This document shows, one piece after another, positions 38,672-49,085 of a DNA stretch of 64,000 bases (the stretch's first letter is position 1; the number at the start of each line of letters is the position of its first letter). Position numbers and translations under genes: made by a program. The notes beneath the pieces were generated by a model. That model ran no database searches. It was given only the letters and a program-made list of their open reading frames with translations, and had not been told where the DNA came from. Location: assembly GCF_001194135.2 (NCBI RefSeq), contig NC_068981.1, forward strand, positions 161,314,386 through 161,378,385. Reading direction: 5' to 3'. The DNA is from Octopus bimaculoides (Eukaryota).

Positions 38672-39170
38672 CTGTAACAGAAATAGAAAGAATAATTATT
38701 AAACACACACACACACATATATACATATATATATAAATATAGTTTAATGAAGAAAACAAAATGTTCACTTTTGGTGGTAGTGGTGGGCAATTCTCATCAT
38801 GGCCCAAAATCAAAACCCCCAAACCATATCAAATATTTATTGAAAAGTAAAAAGAAGACAAAAAAATCCTATACAGCATCTGTGATACTCATCACATTAG
38901 TTTCTACTGGAATGTGTAAGGGTACGTTTGTATGCACCCCTCCCTATACATATTTGGTTTTACAAACACGAGAAAGAGAAATAAAGCAAAATAATATAAC
39001 CTTTTATTAACTGAAAATAGTATACAAATTATTCAAGGGTTTTGAGTTTTGTGCCAAGGTATCTGACAAAATTGGTTTTTAAATGTACGAGTGTAGCATA
39101 TATAACTTACATATAGGACAAATGGAAAATGGAGACAAATGCACAAGATGTTATTTAAATCATTTATATT

Positions 39171-39251
39171 GCCAACATATGTTTCGATTGATACATTAAA
39201 ATTAATCTGGGAGGAAAAATAATGTGGAATAATGTATCAATCTCATCAGGG
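39171..39251 (-). ncRNA. Type I hammerhead ribozyme motif (Penelope-like terminal repeat relic)
   Basis: Minus strand: CC-CUGAUGA-GAUUGAUACAUUA-(about 30 nt)-UAAUGUAUCAAUC-GAAAC-AUAU-GUU-GG. Perfect 13-bp helix II and palindromic ACAUAUGU helix III; helix I is only 2 bp. Confidence 0.6.
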
Positions 39252-39748
39252 AGGAGATTATAAATAATGGTGTTCATTAATAAGTCAGTTTACAGATGTA
39301 AGAAAATATATAATATAACCTATATATATATATATATATATGTTTATACACGATCAATTTGTATCGTATAGTTGAAAGAGTTTATCTGTAGTAATTTTCT
39401 GAGGGACTGCAATTTCTTCTAAAAGGAAATAATTTGCTTCAAACAAATGATAGAGTCAAAATCTCTTTAGACTTTTGTTAGAACATTCTGAGACATGCTG
39501 ATTCCCATGGATCGCATAAATTGTAATTCTTCGAAACATATGTCGGAATAAAGTATGCAGTTACAACATGCGTTTTCTCCATTCCTTAAATTTTTAAATA
39601 TACTCAAATACCCAAAATATCAAGGAGTTTCTGCCTCACCAACAGGAATTACACCACAGTTATTTTGTGATCTTTGCTACCTTGGTTTCTATTAACCCAT
39701 TTATTCTATCAGAATTATTATTTATTAGGATAGAATAAATACATATAA

Positions 39749-39785
<37 letters not shown>

Positions 39786-40708
39786 CTTTCGTTAAATACT
39801 GAAGAGGTGAATTTATAAGATTATAAAACTTTAGAACAAGCAATACTGTGATCCTGGAATTAATTTGCTGAAACATGTGTTTTATAAAGCATAAACTACA
39901 GAGGCATCAAATTAATAGACTTAAGATATGAAAGTTATAGAAAGAGTTATAGCACAGCTTATTTGGAGTGAAATTAGTTTAGAGCAGATGCAGGTTGAAT
40001 TTAAGCCAGGAAGGTTGGGGGCTGCTAATGTACTCTTTTTAGTAAGATAATTGCAGAAGTTCTTGGCTAAGAGCAAGATTAGGCATATATTGATTTGGAG
40101 AATCCCCTTGACAGGTACCACACACTAATCTTGTAATCGCTAAGAAAACTAAATGTAGGTGAATGGCTTATGAAGACTGTGCAAACTTATGTGTTGCGGG
40201 GATGTCAGCAAAGTGAGAGTTATATATAGATACACACACACACACACACATTTACATATGCACACAATGTGTATAATATATAAATATATATTGAAGATAG
40301 CTATGTTCAAATTTATTCTTCTTTATGAAACTACACACATATTACACAAACCAAATAACTCTAGTTATGAAAAAAATAAATAAGCACTTAAATAAAAAAA
40401 AAAATTCATCAAAATTGAATAGGTGTATAATATCTAACAACAAACATTGAGAACAACAAACATTGAGAACATATTGCAAAAATAGCAGAATTTCAAACTT
40501 TTTCATCAACATGAAACCAAAAATATGGAAGCCATAGAAGGCATCAGACAACCAATGTAATATCACAAATTTCAATGTAAACATGGAAAGTTATAGACTT
40601 CATGACACAAACTGTTATATCAAATACACAAGCTGACAATTTCTTGTTGACTAAGAATGCATTTTTACAAGGAGCTATTGCTACACAGTATATTATAATA
40701 CTGAACAT

Positions 40709-40739
<31 letters not shown>

Positions 40740-41074
40740 AAAAGCATTAGTTGATAAGACAACCAGCTTCTACAGAATTACACACGCATGCAGAAATATG
40801 AAGAGCAAAATACAAATCAAAAATCAATACAGATCCAGACAGTCAACAGATTTGTTAGAGTGTTGGACAGAAAGGCTGACAGTACTTGTTCTAGTGTGTT
40901 GCGACTCCAAGTTCAAAATCTACTTGTCTAGATTCTTCTACAACCCCTTCTACAACAGCTTCTCTCATGCTATTTCTCACCTGTATTTTGCTTTCTTCAC
41001 AATTCAATAAGCCATCATTTGTTAACAGATTTGTCAGAGCAGTGGATAAAATGCATGACAATATGTGTCTAGAG

Positions 41075-41290
41075 AGTGGTGAGCTGGCAGAATCGTTAGC
41101 ATGCCAGGCAAACTGCTTAGTGGCATTTTGTCCATCTGCACGTTCGTGAGTTCAAATTCTACTGAGGTCGATTTTGCCTTTCATCCTTTAGGGGGTTCAA
41201 TAAAATAAGTACCAATTGAGTACTGGGGTTGATGTAATTGACTTAGCCCCTTCCCCCAAATTTCTGGCCCTGAGCCAAACTTTGAAACCA
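41075..41290 (+). mobile_element. SINE family A, full length
   Basis: ggtgagctggcagaatcgttagc...gagttcaaattct...ggccctgagccaaactttgaaacc. Confidence 0.8.
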
Positions 41291-42018
41291 ATATTTATTC
41301 CAGTTTTCTGTGGCTCCAAGTTCAAAATCTTATCTAAATTCTATAACTCCTCATATACAACTTACCTCCTTGTGTTTTTTCTCCCACCTATATCTTATCT
41401 TTTCATTACTTTATTTCTTTACCATTCAACAAGCCACTGTCTTTGAAATGTTGGAGTAATTATAAACCTTGTAACTATATAATTGACAGTCTCCTTTATC
41501 ATCATTACAACCCAATTTATGTCAAGTTCCCTTTGTCTAATAATGGTTTCAAATTTTGCCTTTGAACTCAGAACATAGCAATGGGCAAAATACCACTAAG
41601 CATTTCGTCCAGCCAGCTTGCCACCTTCCCTTTGTCTAACAATAATACTAAAACATATGATACCAAACATATGCCAAAGTGGACAAAAAGATTAAAATTT
41701 TTGTATTTAAACTAAATTTAAACTGGACATATCTGGCCTGTGCAGATACTGAATTTCTCTATGTAAATTGCCAAGGCTCGTTCCATCAGATGGTGCATTT
41801 TATGGTGAATTTCCTTTAACTCCCGCTGAAGTTACAGTTTATTTCTTGGCCACTTAGTGTAAAGTACAGTATTGATAATAAGGAGAATGAAGAATTTGAA
41901 CAACAGCTCATTGATGGATGTTATGGTTAACAACAAAAAAAAACAAAAAAAAAAAAAAAACCTAATTCAAACTAATAATGGAGGAAAGTTCATTTTCGAA
42001 CACTGTCATATTTATACA

Positions 42019-42091
42019 CCCTGAAGAGATTGTAACCGCAGCATATAAATATGCAACAATATACAATTAATATGATTGAAACACATGTTGG
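42019..42091 (+). ncRNA. Decayed type I hammerhead motif, same architecture as 39171-39251
   Basis: CC-CUGAAGA-GAUUGUA...UAUGAUU-GAAAC-ACAU-GUU-GG; helix II of 7 bp with three G-U pairs. Confidence 0.45.
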
Positions 42092-43155
42092 ACAATTATG
42101 ATGAATAAACCAACTGTAAATAAACATAAAGTTTGAATGTTCAGATTCTTCATTTCCCTTAGCCTTCTGGTTTGCCAGTCCTCAGTCAAATCGTCCAACC
42201 CATGCTAGCATGGAAAGCAGATGTTAAACGATGATGATACACACACACACACATACATACATATTTAGATATAAAGATGCAAGCATGGCCTTATGGTTTC
42301 AGGTTCAGTGCTACTGCATGACATTTAGCCAGTGTTTTCTACTACAGCCCTTTGCTGACCAAAATTTCGTTCTAGTGCATTTGGAACAGAGAAAATTGAA
42401 AGACATTGGTTAAGAATGTACGTGTATGCATGTGATAAGTGTGTGTGTGTGTGTGTGCTTCTGTGAGTCTGTTCATATCTCCTTTGCATTCAGTCATGAC
42501 ATCACATCCAGGTTGTTTGTTGTTCAGAGCTCGGAGATTATTACCTTGCTTGCAAATAAGTAGGAGGTGGCAACAGGAAGAGGTTTATCCAACTACAGAA
42601 AAACTCTTCCCCATTGTACACTCATCTGACCCATGCAAGCATAGAATAGTAGGTGTGAAAACAATGATGAGGATCACGCACACACACATACAAAAGTACA
42701 AAATGCCACTGATGAAGCAAGACCACTTGGTTTCATTTATTACAGATTACAATTTTTACACATAACTTCCATCTCTTACATTTGAGAGGCTCTACATGGT
42801 CATTCAATCTGCTAGTGGCAGTAGTCAAATCTTCTCCAAATAATACTCTCCTATTTTATTGTATAGCCACACTTGCTAGTGGCAATCATGGATGTACAAA
42901 AGGATGGAAGTACCTTTGAGCATGGCACTGCTTCATCACAGTTAATTCAAATAATAATTACAAATAAATGAATACTACTAATTATATGCAATGAAGCAAA
43001 AATTATATGTGTTTGATGTTTGTTGATTTTACTTGAGTGTGAAATAAGATAAACAAATACTTTAGTTCATTATGGAATGTTGTAGTTGAACAAAGTCTTA
43101 AAAGTAAAATTTGGTAACCAGCCCACCATGTGTGTGTGTGTGTGTGTGTGGTGTG

Positions 43156-43186
<31 letters not shown>

Positions 43187-43239
43187 TGTGCATGTTTGTC
43201 TCCACATGCCTTCACATTGACTATACCCTTTCTCAAAAT

Positions 43240-43415
43240 CTGTGGCTAAGATTTGTTAGATGCCATTACATCTAGTTCGTTATGTTCTGAGTTCAAACCC
43301 TACCAAGGTCAAATTTGTCTTTCATCCTTTTGGAGTTGTTAAGGTATCAGTAAGCACTGGGGTCGATGTAATAAAATTTCCCTTCCCCTCAAGACTGCTA
43401 GCCTTGTGTCAAAGT
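43240..43415 (+). mobile_element. SINE family A, decayed
   Basis: gttctgagttcaaaccctaccaaggtcaaatttgtctttcatccttt...gccttgtgtcaaagttagaa. Confidence 0.65.
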
Positions 43416-44204
43416 TAGAATTATTTCCAAGAGTCTATACGTTAAGTGTGGTAGGTATTGAGTGCAACATCAGAATCACTTTACTTGATTATTCTATTTT
43501 CCTTTGTCATTAAAGTGTAATAATTCTGAATGAGCATATCCCACTGACTTCAATGTGTGACTGCAAAAACTGAAGAGAACTATTTGTTGGACATTGTCTA
43601 GGATAACATATAACTTTTAGCAAGGCACTCTGGTATCTTCAATTCAGTCATTTTCAAAAGTATTAAATAGAATAAATCAACCAACACATTCCAAGTATAT
43701 GCAGATGTTCATATTTGTAAACAGAGACAAATAAATAAATTATCTATCCCTGTGGGCACAACCAAATACACCAAAAATGCTGATATTTTTATTTTCCTTT
43801 TCATCTTTTCATGTGTGTATGGAAAAAAATTGTAGCTATCATTTTTAGAAGGAATCAAGCATATTAAATATAACAAACTTCACACCAACTAAAATAAAGT
43901 GAAGTCTGTTTCTGAAGGACACTTAGTTGTTTAACAGCAGGTTAGATCTGGCTGAACAGACCTATGATTCAAGAAGTTTCAACTTTGACCATCATGTCTT
44001 GTTTCAGTCATGGTATATCTACGATTACATTATCCAATGTGTCCTTTCTTTGAAACAATATAGTAATTTGAGGTAAATTTGGCTACCATTTCTAGCATGT
44101 TGAGCAGTGCCTTTTGGCTTGAGGTATACTTAATAACCTAATTGTCGAATATATTGACCTTATGTATCTATATCTATATCTATACACACACACACACACA
44201 CACA

Positions 44205-44765
44205 CAAAGGGTGCAATGGGTAAATTGTTGCCATTTTATATTTTCAATTTCGCACATGTGCATTGTTTGCTTTAGATTTTGTTGATTACACAGTATAGTA
44301 GGGTCAGTTGGGCACCATCAATGAGAAAAACAGCACCATGACGCAATTCACTCTGCCAGAAATTTGGAAATGGCATGCTGTACTGCTTGGCATTTGTGCC
44401 AGAAGCTCCAATATGAATATTTCAGAGTGTTTGGATGCCAATCTAAAGACAGTGTCAATCTGAGGACATGTACTAAGTGTGATAAAAAATCAAACATCCA
44501 GTCAACATCATGGTGTTTGCAGTGATCAGTAGTGATGGCAACGTTATGCATCCATTTATCTTCCCACATGACCTCAGATTCAACACAGAGGCCTACATCA
44601 AGTGTTTGGAGGAGGTAGTGCTGCCCTGGGTCAAGAGAGTGGCTGCTGGAAGACCCTATGTCTGGCAACAGGACTCTGGACCATGTCACACAAACAGGAG
44701 AACCCAGTTATGGTTGTCAGACAATTTCTTTGACATCATCCCTAACATCAGGCCATCTAACCCCC
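44205..44765 (+). mobile_element. Internally deleted Tc1/mariner-superfamily (DD37D/maT-like) transposon
   Basis: Terminus agggtgcaatgggtaaattg; ATG 44338 N-terminal stub (MTQFTLPEIWKWHAVLLG...) joined to KHPVNIMVFAVISSDG...YVWQQDSGPCHT, the second catalytic Asp region. Truncated by the gap. Confidence 0.8.
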
Positions 44766-45190
44766 NNNNNNNNNNNNNNNNNNNNNNNNNNNNNNNNNNN
44801 NNNNNNNNNNNNNNNNNNNNNNNNNNNNNNNNNNNNNNNNNNNNNNNNNNNNNNNNNNNNNNNNNNNNNNNNNNNNNNNNNNNNNNNNNNNNNNNNNNNN
44901 NNNNNNNNNNNNNNNNNNNNNNNNNNNNNNNNNNNNNNNNNNNNNNNNNNNNNNNNNNNNNNNNNNNNNNNNNNNNNNNNNNNNNNNNNNNNNNNNNNNN
45001 NNNNNNNNNNNNNNNNNNNNNNNNNNNNNNNNNNNNNNNNNNNNNNNNNNNNNNNNNNNNNNNNNNNNNNNNNNNNNNNNNNNNNNNNNNNNNNNNNNNN
45101 NNNNNNNNNNNNNNNNNNNNNNNNNNNNNNNNNNNNNNNNNNNNNNNNNNNNNNNNNNNNNNNNNNNNNNNNNNNNNNNNNNNNNNNNNN
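44766..45190. other. Assembly gap (425 N)
   Basis: Run of N. Confidence 1.
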
Positions 45191-45559
45191 TATATATATA
45201 TATATATATATATATATGTTATTGTCTAGACTTTGGCATTAAAAAGTAAACAAATAAAGAAGTGTGTATGTGTGTGTTTAATGAATTATTTAGCTCACCG
45301 GTCATCCGTGTGGTATTATTACATACAACTTCATGAAAATGAAATCTGGTGAAGTAACAAAACAAATCAATAACCCTATCATTTGAAATACAGCAGCTTG
45401 TCTTTAATCACAAAGGCATAACTTTTGAAAACTTCATCATGCTACATGATTGCTTAATCAATAATTTAGATGATCTTGATACTACAGTTAAAACACAGAC
45501 ATGTGGGGAGGTAGGGACTTCTCATCTTATATAACTGTTTACAAGCTGAAGAAATTTAA

Positions 45560-45761
45560 CCCTTTAGCATTTAAACCAGCCATATCTAGCCCAAATATTT
45601 CACCTGTTTTATGTTCAAACCAGCCAGATCTGGCTGCTCATATCTACCCAACAATGTCATTCTAAGTATGTACAATAACATCTGAAAGCTATGATTAATG
45701 AATAATCCAAAGCAATGTGAATAAACGTTACATTTGACAGAGTAATATGAATGTCAGAAGG
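45560..45761 (+). mobile_element. piggyBac-like MITE
   Basis: ttaa|ccctttagcatttaaacc ... cagaagg|ttaa. Confidence 0.78.
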
Positions 45762-46479
45762 TTAAAATACATTATCTCTCTGTATGTTTTGAACCAATGT
45801 TATCTCATCTGTGAGGTGTGGATTATTTTCCAATCTGATTGAAACCAAATCTTTTCTAAAATTTCCATCATAATATCTCTGCTGTAGGTGCTTTCATTCA
45901 ACACCCCCACACAGTACTTCCTCACTAAGTATCACCTGTTTAAATTAAAACAGTTGAAACAGTGCAGACATCTCACTTGCACACGGCTGCCAAATGCCTT
46001 TAATGCATAGTCATTTCCACAAGTCACTCGTACCCAACCATGCTTGTAAGTGACTGGCTCACACACAAATCATTATTTTCCAATCACTATGCATTTCCCC
46101 TCTGATCATGTTTCACTGCCATAAAACTTCACACTTCTTAACACATCTCATATTACCTGACTTTTGTGTGGAGATGGAAAACAAAGCTGTTGGAATATTT
46201 TTTGTTCATGCCCGTAAATTGACAGTTTTCATGGCAGCAGCAGTAATACTATTAGAACTTTTGAAATTTTGCACATGTCAAGCAGCTTAGAAAGTGTAAA
46301 TTTCTTCAGAATTACTCACTTTTAATCCAACAAAACATGCTGAAATTGATCATTTAAGAGATTTCTGCATGTGTGAAAAAGATAATCTTTCAGGTTTTTC
46401 TGTGTATGAAAATCGACAGCTTTCATGATCCCAGTCCTATTACTATTTCAAAACTTAGACTAGTTTGTCAATAGTAACT

Positions 46480-46865
46480 TTTATCTTTTATTTGTGTCAG
46501 TCATTGGACTGCAGCCATGCTGAGACACTACTTTGAAAGGTTTAGTTGAACAAGTTGACTCCAGTACTTATTTTAAGTATCTTTATCTCTTTTGCTGAAG
46601 TACTAGGTTATGAGAACATACACAAATCAACACTGGTTGCCAAGTGGTGGTGGCAGTGGTGGAGAAGAACACAAGCATAAAGACACACAGACATGCCAAT
46701 ATACCCGAACTTTCATACAGTTTCTGTCTACCAAAATCACTCACAAACAACATTGGTTGATCTGGAACTGTAATAGAAGATACTTGTCCAAGTTGCTGCA
46801 CAATGGGACTGAACCCAAAACCATGTGAATGCAAAGTGAGGTTCTTAACCACACAACTATGCCTA
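46480..46865 (-). mobile_element. SINE family B, full length, decayed
   Basis: ttttatttgtgtcagtcattggactgcagccatgctg ... tcttaaccacacaactatgcct. Confidence 0.75.
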
Positions 46866-46916
46866 AAATGTTGACTAAGTTTCCTAAAATTTTTCTCTTT
46901 GGATGTTAGCTACAAT

Positions 46917-46949
46917 CTGGATCTTGGAGCTATAAGCTCCAAGATCCAG
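46917..46949. repeat. Perfect 15-bp inverted repeat with 3-nt loop
   Basis: ctggatcttggagct-ata-agctccaagatccag. Confidence 0.95.
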
Positions 46950-47582
46950 TTCTACATGTGCCACGTAAGTGACAAAAGTACAGAATTTACCATTCCACAA
47001 TGTATATATTATACATCAGTCTGTCAAATATTTTTCTACATTTCTTAGAATAACAATAGCAACACCGAATATCTTGGAAACCAAACAACAACAGCATTAG
47101 AGAAAAAAAAAAAAAAAAAAAAAAAAAAAAGCGATAATCCTCATTTTCATTTGTGTATTTAATTCATCAGAGGAATTAGACATACATAAGTAAGTAGGTA
47201 ATAGATAAATAAATAAAAGAATAAAAAAAATAAACAAAGCAAAAACAAAATAATGATGGAATCTATTTGTAGGCAAGACACTGAAAATTGACATTCCAGT
47301 ATTCTAATTCTACCATGAAACACATGTGCCAATGAAAATACCAGACATGATCTGTAAGGAGAGAAAATATTCTCCAGTAAGAATTATATATATGGATCTT
47401 TATATGTTTCTTTTACAAAGATGAGAGAGAAAAAAAACAACAGTAAAATAATATCTAATCACAGAACAGCATGTATGTATGCATGTATGTATGTTGTGTG
47501 TGTGTGTGTGTGTGTGATTAAGTTGAACTTGTCTGTATTTGAATGTCATATATACGTTTATTAGTGTGTGTGGTACATATAC

Positions 47583-47977
47583 TTATTGTTGTTGTTGGCA
47601 CTCCATCGCTTACGACGTCGAGGGTTCCAGTTGATCTGATCAACGGAACAACCTGCTCGTGAAATTAACGTGCAAGTGGCTGAGCACACCACAGACACGT
47701 GTACCCTTAACGTAGTTCTCGGGGATATTCAGCGTGACACAGTGTGACAAGGCTGAGCCTTTGAATTACAGGCACAACAGAAACAGGAAGTAAGAGTGAG
47801 AGAAAGTTGTGGTGGAAGAGTACAGCAGGGTTCGTCACCATCCCCTGCCGGAGCCTCGTGGAGCTTTAGGTGTTTTCGCTCAATAAACACTCACAACGCC
47901 CGGTCTGGGAATCGAAACTGCGATCCTATAACCGCGAGTCTGCTGCCCTAACCACTGGGCCATTGCGCCTCCACAAA
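47583..47977 (-). mobile_element. SINE family C, full length, with 9-bp TSD
   Basis: Reverse complement of 5951-6302; tacatatac at 47574-47582 and 47978-47986. Confidence 0.9.
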
Positions 47978-48294
47978 TACATATACACAAACAAAATATA
48001 CAATACTATGAAACAAAATGTTCAGAGAAAAATTGGTAGGATGGTGTGTCAAGTATTATTTGCAGTATACAGGTGTATTTGAATGTGTGTATTGAGCCAT
48101 GAAAGCAGGCACAGAACAAAGTGCAGAGAATTCAGACTAAACAGATAGAAAAGAATAGTTAACGTTACACAAGACCCCGAGAGAACATGAACTTATGTGG
48201 TGTACATGCATGCATTTGTATGATTGAAGCAGCAACATGTTTTTGGGATTAAATTTGCAGTGTTGCAACCATGTTTAATGTATTTAACACACAC

Positions 48295-48332
<38 letters not shown>

Positions 48333-48337
<5 letters not shown>

Positions 48338-48516
48338 CAAATAGTAAATGAGTATATGCATATATACGTACAGGTATGTGCATACCGACATCCACCTGTA
48401 TGTATAGGTGCATATCTGGGTACAGGACATTGCAAACAAACATAGACGAGAACACACGAGCCACATAGAGAACATTCTCCTTCATCAGCCACCCACGTTT
48501 TAACACCGGCGTTTCG
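48333..48516 (-). repeat. Microsatellite-associated interspersed repeat (copy 2)
   Basis: Reverse complement of 11383-11567. Confidence 0.8.
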
Positions 48517-48734
48517 TGCATACCGACACTTTCCATTAGGTTGCATCACAACACACACACACTACACAATTGAAATAGAATATGAAGCAATAGAAATGTT
48601 TAATTGGATGAAAGAACAAGGACGTCTTACAAAATATTTAATGCAACTTATACATAAATATGTTTGATCTTAAATACATCAGCATAAAATACTCTTGTCT
48701 TTTTTTAACATACATAAGAATAAAGGCAATATAG

Positions 48735-49085
48735 ACGCAGGTGTGGTTGTGTGGTAAGAAGCTTGCTTCCCAACCATATGGTTTTGAGTTCAGTCCCTCA
48801 GTATGACACCTTGGGCAAGTGTCTTCTACTACAGTCTTGGGCTGACCAAAGCCTTGAGTAGATTTGGTAGATGGAAAGTGAAAGAAGCCTGTTGCATATA
48901 TATGTATATGTGTGTATTTATGTCCCTGTAACTTAGCAGTTTGGCAAAAGGGACTGAGAGGATAAGTATCAGACTTAACAAAAGAAGAAGAAAAAAAATA
49001 ATAAATACTGGGACCGATTCATTCTTCAAGGCAGTGGCCCCAGCATTACTGCAGTCTAAAGACTGAAACAAGTAAAAGATAAAGT
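48735..49085 (+). mobile_element. SINE family B, full length
   Basis: gacgcaggtgtggttgtgtggtaagaagcttgc ... gactgaaacaagtaaaagataa. Confidence 0.8.

Noticed and set aside
40905-41330. 17-bp direct repeat ctccaagttcaaaatct flanking a SINE A
   Set aside because: Not adjacent to the SINE ends, so not its TSD; similarity decays quickly and it is probably two fragments of another repeat.
47130-47175. Minus-strand uccu-CUGAUGA...GAAA-aug-agga
   Set aside because: Helix II is only 3 A-U pairs and the triplet ends in G; compatible with chance.
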